Assembly (NCBI RefSeq): GCF_002105155.1 | Contig: NW_019028979.1 | Coordinates: forward strand, 1,054,001 to 1,118,000 | DNA from: Lobosporangium transversale | Lineage: Eukaryota | Length of the DNA: 64,000 nt | Direction of reading: 5' to 3' | Part shown: piece by piece, positions 12,323-28,830 of the stretch | Layout: every line of letters begins with the position of its first letter | How positions within the stretch are numbered: the stretch's first letter is position 1 | Translations under genes and position numbers: made by a program | Notes under the pieces: model-generated | What the model was told of the DNA's origin: nothing | The model's input: only the letters and a program-made list of their open reading frames with translations | Database searches by the model: none

Positions 12323-15300
12323 AAAGAATAAATTTATTATTTTTATTAGACTGAAGAAATAACCGAAAGGGAAAGGAATGACAAAGGGGATCTGTCTATC
12401 CTCTTCTATAGATACACATATTTTTTGTTTGTTTATCTTGTTGTATTTTACGCCTTTACGTTAATTCACGTTATCTTTGGGTGGGCTTTTCTTTCTTGTT
12501 ATCATATCCGACACTTATTATTATGCTGAGACAAAATTTCCAATGTATCGGATACTATACATGGGAGAACAGAAGGTAGTGAAGACAAAATGAGGATATA
12601 CACTATCATTCTAGAAATGATGTAGAATATTTTCTGCGGCGGACCAATTTCCTTCTCATTCGGAGCCACTAGCCTCGCGCCTTTTTTTTTTTTTTTTTTT
12701 TTTTCTATGGATATTTAGCGGAAAAGCGCAGCGAACGCGAGCTTTGCAAAGTAGATACGATGTTCTAGACAACTGGAAGACTGGCAAATAATAAAGAGTG
12801 CGCGCTTTATCTTGATACATCATATCCAGAAGACATGATGGTAAACCCTAGAGATTCTACTTTGATGCTGTTCAATCCAAATAAAATCCCCGGAAAAAAG
12901 TCCTCTTCTTTCAAATAATACAAAGCTCTATTCAACTTTGTTCCAACCTCCTCCCCCCCCCAAAAAAAAAAAAAAAAAATCAATGAATATTCACACACTA
13001 GAATTTATTACTGTAGTATTATATATTATTTTGTCCGAGAAGATCATACTTGTATTTAGTCATAATGTAATGGTTTTTTTATTTATTTATTTATTTTCTT
13101 GCATACTTTACTCACCCTACTCACCTCATCCTTTACCGTCGCTAGAAAAGAAATAAACCCTTTAAGAGTTGGGGAAGATGGAAAGAAAAAAAGAAGCCTA
13201 GACATTTTATTGTCAACGTATCTAGATTAATAGAATATAGAACAGTTGACAATTGATGACGATCATTAATAATAAATTATAAACATTTCTTTGCGCCCAC
13301 ATGCTCGGGATTTCGCGCAGTAGGAGCAGCTGGCCGTTGAGCTGCCTCGCCGTTTGAAAAATTGCAGGCATCTCAAGATAGGAGGACGATGGTTGTCATC
13401 TTCAGTTTTTTGTGGATCTAGCAGAAAGGTTCAATTAGGGGGTTTATTCGTAAAAAAAAAAAAAAAGAAAGAAAGAAAGTAGTGATGTTGAGCCCATGAT
13501 GCATTAAAGCATTAGGTTTACCTTCAAAGAGGTTTTTTAAAGTTATACTCTATACATTTGATGGAGCTTTTTGACTCTCATTTAGTGTGTCTGGTAGCAA
13601 TATGCATGACAAACTTTTATTTTTATTACTACAAGAGCAAGAATACATGTACGCAAGCAAAAAAAAAAATGTACGAGGGCTGTGTACAAGTAAGTATACG
13701 CATCGTAAATTTTTTTTTTTATATTTGTTTGTCTTTTGGAACATGAATAGCAAACAAGGCGAGAAAAAGAGGAAGAAGTTGAGTGAATGGACAGACAACA
13801 AAGATGCACGTAATGGCAACATCAAACAATGAAAGAAAACATCCATAACTGCAATGTGTTCAAAAAAAGATGGGATTAAAAGGACAGGAATCCAAATGGG
13901 GTATGTTTCGCAATAAGATAAAAGAACACTAAGACAATACATGCATGTTTGTGTAAATGGATACTAATCCTCTCGAAGGGACAAAACGGCTCATGATAAA
14001 CCCCTTTTCCACTTCATTTGATCGGCTTCAATGGATGTCTCTCAATATGGATAACCACTATAAGCAGAAAAAATTAGTATATCCAGAAAGCGATCGAGAG
14101 AGGAGCAGAAACAAAGTGGAGATCAATATCCCTGCATCCCTTGAGCACATCTGTATATACTAGCTTAAAATAACACAAACATAAGGATGAACCGCGCTCT
14201 AAACACATGTCAGAAAATAAATTCCTATTAAATATAACGATTTAAAATAAACAAACGTGGGAAGAATAACAATAATAAATCACTGCCGATCAGGCCATGA
14301 CACCATAAAATCACTGCACATCGAACAATATCTATGGAAAATATATAGATATTTATTGATCAAAGACAGGAAAATGAGCATCGGTAAACATGAATTAGGA
14401 ATAAGATACTTCTGTTTGTTACAAAGTTCCAAGGAAGCAGATCGGAGGGCTTGAGGTAGAAGAGACCTTTCCTCTTTTATGGAATGCAATAAGAGGAAAG
14501 GAACAATGTGAGTCTCGGTTTTATTAATATTAAAGACATACACCGTCGCTTAATTACTTGATGCTCCGCAACCACATGGCTTTAATATCATGTTTTAGCC
14601 AACCAGGGGATTCCCTTTCTGTCGATATGCCCTTTTTTCATCCTTTTTTTCCCTCCTTCATGAGAAAGTAGCACATGCTTCTCTTGAGCGGAACTTCGAA
14701 TCGGATGCTTTGCTTCTGCTGCAGGGATACTTTTACCTTCTGATACTCAGCTGCCTCTGCACTCTTTGTCATGGAAGAAAGTAAAAAAGTGTGGAGAGAG
14801 AACGCTTAACACTAATGAGCTGATAGCGAATGTGACGGAATCAATGACTTTAGCGCACTTTCAGACGCTTGATGAAGCCTAGAATGAGGGCCCTTGTAAA
14901 AAACCAAAGTCCGCAATGGAAGACAGGCAATGATTGGAGAATCATCTCTTCATGGTAGCATGACCTTTCTAGTCTTGCTCTCCTATAGGTGGGGAGCAGA
15001 GCGGGATTCTATTTTATTCTTTTTTATTATGTGATGGATGAGGTGGAGCTCCACTAATGAGTTTCTGTGTCCCGGGAGAGAAATTGGATTGGCCTGCATA
15101 TTGCTTTTGGCTGTTTGGCCTCTTTTTTTTTTTTTCCTCTTTCCTTTTTTTAGTGAATGATGTATGTATACAATATTGACATCCAACTGATCACTGATCT
15201 GCATTTGTACCCCTTTTGTATTTATTCGATTCATTCATTCCTAATCAAGTCATCCTTCGTAATCATCCCCAAATTTTTGCTTGACCCTTACTCCTATGCT

Positions 15301-16700
15301 CCGATGGGTGTACCGATCATATACACTGATCCATCAAAGATATTAACACGAAATAGCCGTGGTGCCTGACATCTCCCTGGTGATTATCATAGTTGGGGAA
15401 CGTAACATCCCTCATTTACTACTTGCACATTTATATTTGGCTTTACTTCCTTACTCATTACTTATCAACATATATACATCATAGAGCACTGTACACGGGC
15501 AAAAATTAGATGAGGAATGATATTATCATATATATATATATAACAATGATTAAATAATAGCACTACACAATATATTCAATTTTCGAATAGTAAAAAATAG
15601 AGTAAAAATCAATAGATACTTTATATGCAAAGCACTTCGATTTATAGACTATCGATTGAATAGGGCTTTCGGCCGTTCTGCCACTCACGAATCCTTTTCT
15701 TTCTTTTCTGCCATTGATTTCTTGCCTCATGCTGGTCCACCTCACGGCTTCCTATCCGTACCAGCCAGTTTTTCTCTTTCTCTTGTTTATTTGCTTATTT
15801 TGCGTTCTTCGGAGTATTCTGTATAGTATAACCCCATGGAGATCATCTCTCATCTTTCTTGTGGAATGAGGAAAGAAAATCCGCAAGTTTGGCGTTGATC
15901 ATTGTCTTTCCTCCAAGAGGAAATGGGAATGTATTTTTATGGATCCAGGAACAGGGGGGAGGGGGGGGGCAAATAAATTAAAGATATTGAGAACAATTGA
16001 ATGAAACCAGGTTTGGGGAGAAGGACTATTTCGAACGTAGGCTGCCTCTTCTAGGCTGTTCTGGAAGAAGGGAACCAGCTTTTTACTGATCTTCATATAT
16101 GGCTATAATACTTTATGTATATTTTTACTTATTTCCTTATTTATATTCCTTTAGTAATACTCCAATTGAGAATAGTTTAGGCCGAAGGGCCAGTGAACAG
16201 CAACTGTCTATTTGTTATTCTGTTACTTCAATGATTTGGTTATGAGCCAATAAACGTTTCTATTGGAAAAGAGATTGCAGATTATAGTTCACGCTTCGAT
16301 CCATACTTCACATGGAGTATATCTTGAGGCAATATAAAAGACTCGGAATTTGCTTCTTTTTTCCCTCCTTTTCTTCATCTCCTCTTCATTCCTCCGATCG
16401 CCACTATCCCTTCTTTTTTAATATTAAATATTATTACGTCCTCTGCTTCAGTTTCTTTCATTCATCTTTTCGTTTTCCTTCTATCACTACCATTTTCATT
16501 TGTAAAAGCATCCATCGCTATTGTGTTTGATATTCCGATCGGAAACAAATCAAACTACTGTTTGTCTCACCTTTATACCCAAATAAATTTTCATTCTCAC
16601 ACAATTCTCTAAACCCAAACAGATCTCAAGGTTGATCCCCTTTATTTCCTCCAACACACCCTCCAACACACACACATACATTCCTCTCTATCCCAGAACC

Positions 16701-18099
16701 ATGTCCGCAGAGAAGGAAAATGAGATTTACGAAGCCCGTAGTGTCCATAGTGACAAGGAGTCTATCGTTGACCTCATGGCCGAGAGGCCTGAGCAAGGAT
16801 CCAATCTTTTGGCGTATGCCAACGTCGTCTGCGTTGTTGCAGGTAAATAATAATAATACTTTTTACCTTGTCAATTCCTTCTCGTCTACTAAATACTTGA
16901 ACGAAAATCTTAATATATATTTTTTTTTTCTTTTTTTCTTGTTCTTTCCAGGAACCGGTACCCTGGGTCTCCCATATGCTCTTAGATTAGGTGGATGGAT
17001 CAGTGTCGGTATCGTGATCCTTTCTCTCTTGATGTCTATTTATACCGCTATCCTCCTCATGAAGTGCCTTTACTATAACGGAAAGTACCGCCTTTCCTCA
17101 TATCAAGAGATCGGTCGTCATGCCTTTGGCAAGCCTGGTCTCGTTGCTGTCTGGTTCTTCCATACCACAATCGTCCTTGGTGCACCAATCATGTACCTGA
17201 TCTTATCAGGTACAGAGATGAAAGGTCTGGTCCCCAATGACGCTATCAGTGTTAAGGCTTGGATTTGGATCTCTGCTGCGATTGTTGCAGTTCCCTTTGT
17301 GGCAATGAAGACATTGAAGGAAGTGGCTGTCATGTCCATCTTTGGAGCTTTGGCAACTGTTGTCCTGGTCATCGTTGCTGTCCGTGGATCTATCATGGAC
17401 TTGAGCAATCCCACATACGCAAATGTCGGTCATGATACTGTCATCCTTGCCAACCTGCCCACTACGGTTGCTTCCATCTCGATTTGCTTTGGAGGAAATG
17501 TCGTCTACATGCATGTCGAAGAAGCCATGAGATACCCCCGTAGCTGGAACCGTGTGGTCGCTGTAGCTCTTTTTACTTGCTCTATCCTCTACTTGGCCAC
17601 AGCCATCCCCGGTTACATCACTTACGGCGATGCTGCCAGATCCCCTATCCTCGAGAACTTGCCCAAGGATGTCTTCACAAAGATTGGAACTGTAGTCATT
17701 ATTATTCACGTCATCTTGGCAGCCCCTATCTTGTTGACCTCCTTTGCCTTGGAATTTGAACGTCTGTTCGACATCACAGTGGCTCGCCGAGGCAAGATCA
17801 TGGAGCGTGTCTACCGCACGATTACTCGCTTGATCGTCGTTGGTTTTTGCGGAATCATTGCCTGCACTGTTCCATATTTTGGTCACTTTTTGTCTCTTTT
17901 GGGAGCCCTTGGCAACTGCACCTTGATCTTTGTATTGCCTATCCTGTGCTATTTCAAGTTGATCGGATGGAGACATTTGAAGTGGTATGAGTTGGCTTGG
18001 TGCGCTCTTATCGTGCTCATTGGTGTCATCTCTGCCATCATTGGGTCTATTGATGCTATCAAGGCTCTCAAGGAGTCCATTGAAAAAGATAGCCAGTAA
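16701..18099 (+). CDS. Amino acid/auxin permease (AAAP, Aa_trans) transporter, vacuolar Avt1-like
   Basis: Exon 1 is 16701-16842 (MSAEKENE...AYANVVCVVAG), the intron is 16843-16951, and exon 2 is 16952-18099. Motifs GTGTLGLPYAL..GGW, SYQEIGRHAFG, FGGNVVYMHVEEAMRYP, GYITYG and VPYFGHFLSLLGAL; many TM segments. Confidence 0.93.
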
Positions 18100-18588
18100 A
18101 CAATCAAACAGTTTTTTTTTATCGATTTTGCTCGCGGAGCACGAGCCATACCTTGTTCTTCTGCTACCAAAAAATCCACGGCAAATCAGTTGTATATTAG
18201 CTTTTTTATTTTATTTTTTTTATTTTACCTCCTCCCTCTGATTTCTCTCCAAGAGCTCTATTCTATCACTCCACAGGCGAGCTTACTGATATCCGAAGTC
18301 GTTGCTCTTGATTGTATATGTATAATAAAATAAAGAGAAAGCGTCAAAGTGTACACACATGCAATCCGTTAAACTGGTCTTGTAAATCTTGGGTTACAGT
18401 TACACAGGAATTAATTAGCCACTTTTGCTGTGCTTTCACTTTCTTTTTTTGAAGTGGATCCAAATGCAAACATTGTTTATTCTATTTTATTCTATCTCTA
18501 TTTGTATTATACCAATAAATATATATATCTATGCTATGATGTTTATATTTTATACTTGTGATTATGGTTGCTGTTGCTGTTGCTGTTG

Positions 18589-21480
18589 TTACATCTCCTC
18601 GTCGCTGTAGTCGCTCATAAGCCCTTCTATTTGTACTGCACTTTCAATGGCACTATTATTAGTACCATCAATGTCATCGTCTTCTTGGTATTCTTCAACA
18701 TCATAACCATCGTTTTCATCATACTCAAAGTCTTGCTCTTCATCTTCACTACCCTCATGATCATCATTCTCAACCCCTTCTTCTCGATCACCCTCTTCGT
18801 CATCATCAATGCTATCTGTGAATTGGTCGTCTCCTTCTATCTCGATAATCCCTGTCACGCTCTTTGCTCGCTCTCGGATCTCTGTCACAGCTCCTTCGTC
18901 CAGGCGGCAATAGGTGATATCTAAACGCTTAAATACTGTTGTCCGCTGATGAGCCGTTATCTTGTCCAAAAACTCAATCACGCCCATCTTTGTCACTTGG
19001 TCACATCCCAGAATACACAGGTCGCAAAGGTTAGTCGCTTGTTCTGACAGATAAACGAGAGATTCATTCGTGATTTGCGTGTTCGCAATCGATAGCCACC
19101 GAAGATCTGGCAAGATGTTCACAAGGCTCTTCAAATTATCATCCGAAAACTCGGGAAACACATTTCCGATATCCAAATCTCTTATTCGCTGCATCTTGCT
19201 AATGAATAACTCGAAATCTGAAAATGAATCGGCCAGGATACTATTCATGTGCAACGCTTCCAAATTAGGGCAAGCTTTCGCCAAAGGAATGAACAAATTG
19301 GCTGTAAAGGGTGCATCAATGTTGTTCAAAATTAAGCGCTTCATGGACGAGAGCCGCCCCTGTTGAGATGTGGTCGAGTCGGAGGCAGCTGAAAGACCTT
19401 GGATCACCACTTGTGTGCAATCGACTTCGGTAAGGTCAAGCTTGACCAGCTGGTGGCACCTGTCTAATATTGGAAGAAGACTATCGTCTGTTACACCTGA
19501 GGAGTACTCAAGGTTTAATGACGTCAAGTTTGACAACAAGGGTCCGAATTCCTCCAATCCAGATGACTCAAGATTACAGATGCTTAATGTCAGATGCCGC
19601 ATTGACTGGGCGTGTCGCTCTTCAAAGATGTTGGTCCCTTTGACAACCTTGAAGGACTGGAGCTTATCTCTATTTTGTGCCAAAATCATCTCTGCTACCG
19701 CCTGACTCGATGTTTGTTTCATCCTAAAACCATGTAGGCGAATGTAAGAGAGGGAATGTACAGTCTTGGCGATAGCATAAAATAAATCATCGTTTAGGTC
19801 CTGACTATTCCGAAGATCAAGTCGTGCGAGGTTGCTAAAGCGTGAGATCGCGTAGATCAGCGTGCTGGTTTCGATCTTGGCTGAGGATTGGAACTCGTCA
19901 ACTGAAATGCATCTCTTGGATACTTTACGTATAAGCCGGTTGAAGCACCGCTCCTGTCGAAACTCTGAAGGTGGGGATGAGGACGCAGATGAAGTGATAG
20001 AAGCCGCTGTACGAGACTCGTATCCTCTCCATGTTATACAAAAAGCGGTCCAATCCTGAATCAGGTTCGCAAACCACTAAAATTGAAGGAGAACAATGGG
20101 TTAGGAAACTGCTGTTGAGCCCCCACATGGAATCATCAATCATTTTTTATCATAAAAAGAAAGGGGGAAAGGGGAGGAAGAAGAAAAAAAAGGAGATAGA
20201 GGATGACCTCAATCAATGATAGACTTGCTCGTTAATTTTAATGACAACACATGCTTATTCCTCCTGCGAAATACGATTTTTGTTTAAACTGAGGAAGTTG
20301 ATATGATGGTGGCTGGCAGATACTATTACTGTTACTACTTACAGAGCAGGAGATTTTCTCTAAATATGAAATATAGTCGTACGAGCAAGTCTGATCGTGA
20401 AGAAGCGATGCTTCCAGTGTGCGCATCAACAACCGCTGCGCCCGAGTATCGGATGTTGAAATAAACGGAGATCGATTTTGGTCCAACAATGTTAGACCAT
20501 CGAAATCGGACGAAAGGGGTAAGATCGAGAAGGAAGAGGACAAAGGATCCAAGTCGCTACAACTGTGGATACTAGTGCGATCGCTTAACATGTGCTCGGC
20601 CTTATAAAGATACTCAACAGCAGCCTGCGACCATGCTCGGGAGACTAGTAGACAGGCATGAAGTGCTTGGCGATCATTTCGGAGGTGGTGTGCTACCAGC
20701 TTGATCAGTTCTATTTGGTTATAATATTGACATGAAATAAAAGAAGCATGGTTTAGTGATGGGTTTTTCGTTCTTGGTGGACTGTGTTTTTTTTTTTTTT
20801 TTTTTTGACTTCTGTAGTTGCGGAAAAGCATTGCAAAACGGCCTTCAAAGAAAAATTCTTCATGATCCACACCAACAGGACGAATAGAAGCACTCTGACA
20901 AAGTGGTCTTGGCATTTTCTACCTGCGACAAGACACAAAGAAGCCTCTTTACACTTTGCATTCTCTTTATCGAAATTAACTGGCACTGCCTCCAAGGAAC
21001 AATCTCCAAATGAACAGAAAGAAACAGAGCAAGCGCTAGAATCTGGAGCTACAAAGCTCAGACCAGACAGACTAGGGCTATTCTACTTTTTTTTACAAGT
21101 GTAATGGGACATGGGCGTACAAAAAAAAGTCTTCCGCAATGACAAAACTTGTTCCACATTCTCCAATGTTGTTTCATTCACATTCTATGGTTAATAAACG
21201 ATGCATGACTACAATGCATGGCTACAATGCAAAGTCATGCCAACCCCAGCCATTTCACCAAGCAAGGTCTTTCGTTTGTTTTCTTGTTCTAGAAATGAAC
21301 AAGTGAGGATAAGAAGGAACAGCGATTTGGTGGTATATGTGTCTGTGTGCATCTCTTCTTCTCCATGAGGACCGCATTTCAGGGGTACCATGTGTTGTTC
21401 GTACCAGGAGGTAGCGAGATAGGAACAGTGCCATGGGCTGGAGCATGGATGAGAGCCACGTTTGATGTAGACGATGCCAT
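18589..21480 (-). CDS. F-box/LRR (FBXL/RNI-like) protein with acidic C-terminal tail, about 643 aa, 3 exons
   Basis: Exons 21480-21405, 20710-20343 and 20076-18589. Splicing reconstitutes the F-box SLPP|ELIKLVAHHLRNDRQALHACLLVSRAW. Cys-containing LRRs follow (LTSLNLEYSSGVTDDSL, CPNLEALHM, LRWLSIANTQITNESL, LCILGCDQVT), then a D/E-rich tail. Confidence 0.85.
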
Positions 21481-22652
21481 GGTGTGACAAAGAATGGTAT
21501 CAGTGGAAAATGAAAGATGTGATTTCAAAAAGAGCTGGTATAGGGTAAAAGGAGGGTGAAATGAAAGGGAGAGGAGGGGAACTCTCTTGAGTCGCTTGAG
21601 ACTTGGACTTTATGAAAGAAAAGAGAGTTGGATGGTTCTGATTGCTCTCTCATTTTCTGTCTCTCCTTTTATATCTTTTTTTTTGTCTTTAATGTCTGAA
21701 GTCTTGTTGGTTCCTAATGGGCTACCATCCAATCACTGCAAAAAGAAAAAATTCGTATTTGTGTATTTTAGGTCCACAATGCATGACATGCATGTTCCGT
21801 TTCTTCTGCTTTTGCTATTTTGCCTGTCTGTCTGGATGTCTCTATCTGTCTACCTATCTGTCTGTCTGTTCGGCATCCTGTTCTGTTCTTGCTTCTTTTA
21901 TGGTATTCTTGATGTTTCATAATCGTTGTTTCATTTGCTAATGAGGATGTGGAGTCTTTTTTAACTACGTTGTTCTGTCTATTCTGGGCAGTGACATCTG
22001 ACAGGGCATAAGCATCTATCGACCGCAAGGTTTATGCCTCATGTGCACCATCTGTATATGTGTGTATCTGTGTGTCGATGTGTGGCAAAGAATAAAATGA
22101 AAGAGCAGATCGGCTACTTTTTTTTTTTTTCTTTTTTTTTTCAATGTCGTCATTGAGGAAAATTTCATAGCGGCAATCAATTAAATAAATTTAATAGGCT
22201 TATTTTATATGCTGTGCACTTCACTTTCATCGGCGGAAAGACATACAGGGATAGGGATACCCCTATTTTTGGTTGGATCAGTGTTGTATTTGCTAATTTA
22301 TCAGGTACATGTACAACAACACACTTCACTTTTCCCCTGACGATTAATCTGACTCTAATACATCCTTTTTCTTCCCTTCTTAACAAGAGGAATTAAGAAA
22401 CAATATAATCCTAGTATATATCCATGTATTGCCATAATACATGACATGTATACCGTCCGTTCCTGATGATTGATGTCGAAGCTGTTCAAACTTGGTCTGT
22501 CACATGATATGACTGCTTCCCTGTGGCCGCTTTTTTTTTTTTTTTTTTTTTGAGACTTGAAGCAAAGACACAATAACAAATCAAAAACCATTACATTGTC
22601 TCTCATTCCTTCATTCATTAACTTTCTCCAGTATACTTCCATTAATTATTCA

Positions 22653-24576
<1,924 letters not shown>

Positions 24577-25937
24577 AGTCATGATTTGCTTGCAAAGGAT
24601 TCCACGGATCAACAAATAAAAATAAAAATAAATAAAAAAAGAAAATGTAAAGAAAATTTGCATTGATAGCAATAACAACGAAATGATAAGTTCTTTTCAA
24701 TGGAATGTATGCTTCAATGTCCATCAGGGTACATTCTGGATTGTTATCATACGGCTGTTTATCAATAGCAAGAATATATTCCTAAAACGCCATAATGAAG
24801 ACTCTTGACTTTACAAGCTTACGAGTCAAATAGGATTGAGAGGGAAAAAAAGGAATGCTCTCTAGACCATAGTTTGAAAATTTCTGCGGATCGATAGGGA
24901 TAGACCAATGGTGACTGCATGCATATTTTACGTACCCTGATGGCACTCTAGTTTATCAGTACCTACATCAGATGGATGGAGTCTATACATCGGAGCAAAT
25001 TGTGCAATAATATCTATAATCGGTCGTGATCCAAGGCTGCATTCGGTCCCATCCTATTCTTCCTGTTCTACATACTCCTCTTGTTAATGGCATTATCTCA
25101 AAAACATACATGCCGAATGTAGTAGATGCAAATATAGTACAAAAAAATTAAAAAGAAAGATCTAACAAATGCAAGATTCGGCCTATTCAATCCGATAGCA
25201 GAGCCAGGGCGCCGTTTTATAGCGTAATTCATATAATAGCAGACTGCTGAGCATTTTTAGATCAAGATGGGACAAATATAGAAGAAATGAATGTTAGTTG
25301 TGTGGTTGTGGTTGTGGTTGTTCTCCTCGCTTTTTGTGTGTGCATCCTGGACCAACTGATTAAGACAAATATTCAACTCACCGCCCATCTCTTTTTTCCC
25401 GATTGGTCCATTTCCTCTGTTTGTTTTCCTTGCAACATCATTTCCTCCATGCTTTGTTTATTTGTTTTGTTTATTTTATTTTCCTTGCCTGAGTTCATTT
25501 TCCTTGGCTTTAATGGAAATGATGCTAGTCTGCCTAATATGATAGGGCGCCGACAGAGGAAATTTTCACATTCATGATTGAGAGTGTCACACATGCTCAT
25601 GCCTAGTGCTTCATAGGAGTTTTTTTTACTGCAAGGAGTCGATTGTCAAACAAACAATTACAGCCTCCGGAAATCAGGCCGAGAACAGTCTGCTGATGGG
25701 AAAAGAGAGGATTTCTTTCTGACTCTTAAACCTGACTATTAACATCACCTTTATTTCTTTTGATATTCTATAATTTACAACATGATACGCCTGTACCTGT
25801 TGGAGAAGAGACCACGTTGAGTAATTTAAGCCATACTCCCCACTTTTCCAATCAAGGTCATATTCCTTTAGCTAAAGAGACGAAAGAATGAAGAGGAAGG
25901 TAATAATTATTTCTGGGTAGTGCTTCCATGACAAGAA

Positions 25938-25973
<36 letters not shown>

Positions 25974-28830
25974 AGGAAGCCGAAAAGGTTCCGGCGCGTC
26001 ATTATTTATTATACTTCATTGATAATAATCTGCAGCTCACTAAGATGCAGCTTTTGATTGGGCGCAAGCAATAATAGTCATTCTCAATGCTTGATGAGAA
26101 AATAAAACTTTCCCCCTATTCAGCAACACACAACAACAAAAAGAGGGCAAAGAGGATGTCTCGTGTCAGGGCTCAAGCTCACACGGTTTTCAATGTTACT
26201 CAAGAATACAACACCTTGCTTAATGACACATATTAGATACTTAATCCATATTATTAAATACATATTTTGTACATGTATACTTTTACAATCAAATAATTTG
26301 AATCATCCATTGCATTGATAGTGATGGCGATGATGATAGTGCTACTCAATTTTCACTTGGATATAGAACGAATTACGCATTTTTTTCCTCTCTTTTTAGT
26401 CAACTACATTATTGGAAGACTAGAGCGCATAAAGAAAAGAGTGAGCAAGCGAAGGAAGGTGTGATTAGAAAAGATGGGTAGATGTCTGGACGTCTCATGC
26501 TATCCATACTTCCAGATAAATGAGAGAGTATATGCACTAATCATCGCTGTCGAGGAGTAATACTTGATGATGTCAAGGATGATGAATTTTTTTAGTCCGC
26601 ATACTCTAACGGTACGAGACACTAAAGTGAGGCACTCCGCACACGACTGCAAAAGCAGTAGCAGAATGGAACACACATACTCCAAGGGAAATTTTTTATT
26701 TCCTTAGCCCCCCTGCAAGAGCATTTTGGGCCAATCGTAGAATTTATTTTATGCTGGAGGCGCAGGGCTCGCTCTCAAGTATCGATAGTTGAAATGATTG
26801 AATAGGAAGCGTCCCTACTATTCTCACGGGATATGCTAGTGTTCTCGGTCCAAATACATTCGTACAATCAGTCCATCGAATTGTCTTTACTTATTGGATA
26901 TCAAAGGTGAGTTTCTTTTACTATACTACTCTGGGAAGCAGGGATCGGTTAAGACTTGATCCAATAGTAGAAGGCCGGATATAAAAATAAAAAATAAAAA
27001 ACAAGTTGGTTTGTCAATGATGGCTGATGATGACTGATGAGTTTTTGTTGGTTTAGCTGTTAGTTGCTTTAAAGTTCCATGCGAACAAAAGGTTTTTTTT
27101 CGACAGGCCAATCCCATGAACTTGATCATGCTCTTCCCAGGGTGACCCAGGCCTATCACAAGAGAGAAATCTTTTTTTTTTTTTCTTTTTTTCATTTTGG
27201 GGCCTTTTTTAGCTTGTGTGAGCTTACAGTATGCTGATAAAAAGGGTTCATTTCAAGACCTCTTCTGAGTAAAAAAAAAAAAACATGCACTTTTCTTTGT
27301 TCTAAACAAAGAGACTGAGAGCTGGTCAATCAAAGGTGATGCATTTCATCGACCCCCTGCTTTTTTTTTTTTTTTTATTTTGTATAAGGAAGCATCTAGA
27401 CTCTCCTTATCCTGACCTTGATGAGAAAAAGAAGATGTAACTGTTGCGGTTATTGTTTTTATTTTGTGCGATAGCTCGTGAGAAATGCAGCAGTCTTTTG
27501 ACAGGAGAGAGAACTAGGAAATGACGAAGCACTATGGGGTGAAGCAAGCTGGCCACAGTTGCTAACTGTTGAAGAAGTAGGTTTAGCTTTTCATTCATAG
27601 AATCAACCGGAATGCAAAAAAAAAAAATCTCACCACAGCAGAGCAGGCACTGCCAGAAGACTTTGCCTGCGGAAATATTTTGTGATTCATTTTCTTTGGA
27701 AACAAAAGAAACAAACATCCAAACAAAAGAAAAAGCGACACTCACGCGTCTTAAGCCTGCACAACCACAACCTACATGCAAACAACGGCGTGTTAATCTG
27801 AAGGAGAATTTTATTTATTTGTTTGTATTGCTTGGCAAGACTCATCCGCGCAATTCTGCGCCAGAGGTGAGCGCGAGAGAAACAAAAAAGCAAGTGAGCA
27901 AGCAGGACACACAAGTTCAACCCAATAGAATTTGTGTATAAATAAAAATCTAATACAAATGAGATGTACTAAAGAGAATCAAATACTGAATGCAAAGATG
28001 TAATAATAAAATAGAATCACAATAGAGTAACCAGGGAGGACATGGTTTTGGATTTAGATCCAATTGAGCCGACAACAGACGAAGCCATCCTTTTGCAGTA
28101 GCGAACACACAGGTGCCAATTGCGATCCTGGGGTTGAGAATAGGGCAAGAACTTGGAGGAAGGGTCGTGGGTGCTTCACACGGGTATGTGATCTTCTTGC
28201 TCGAGCCCAATCGTACAAGGAAAAATTTGTATGAACTCTTCTCAATTTTTATCTCTTTCCCTTCTTACTTTCTTTCGCTTCTGCCATTATCCTTCTTTGA
28301 CTACTTACCAACCCTTATCCCTCTTTCTCTCACACTCAGTATCCATCATAGTCAACTCCAACTCCCCACTCCCTCTCTAAATTTTCACTCTTATTCTCAT
28401 TCTTCCTGTTTCTCTCCATCCTCTTACGGTCACTACCCATATCTTTGCTACCTTCCTCCCTCTCATACACATATAATCGTTACCTTCTCTCTCTATTGTC
28501 AATTCATCCACATCCTATTTACGTACCTGTAAGTGCTGAAAGATCCAAGATACATCCAGACATACCTGACTTGGTCTCTTTGTTTCTCCATTGTGTCTAT
28601 TGTCTCTCCTCAGCTATTCTCTGTCGCGATCCTCTTTGCCACCACAGTCAATTTTTTTTTTTTTTTTTTTTTTTTTGGTTGAAAGATACCATAGTACTGC
28701 CGAGTATTCCTATTGATGCCGAAAAGGAAATGACATGCTCAAAGAGTTGTGATACTCACCAATCCTTTCCTCTACCTACTTTTCCTTTAGCATCCCATTC
28801 ACTTCATTTGTATACCTTTCATAGCCAATC

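Noticed and set aside
13260..14772. Coding-looking minus-strand patches (MTKSAEAAEYQK|gt..., DPQKTEDDNHRPPILRC...) suggesting a small spliced gene
   Set aside because: No consistent exon chain or recognisable family could be built. RNA-seq is needed.
16720..16951. ORF-track N-terminus MRFTKPVV...YFFFLFFLFFP for the transporter (similarly 51613, 20238-20915, 31850)
   Set aside because: These read through introns or UTRs. The spliced models restore family motifs.
17118..17976. Long antisense and alternate-frame ORFs over real genes (also 48055-48612, 58550-59221, 19070-19705)
   Set aside because: Shadow ORFs explained by codon bias or low complexity of the true CDS.
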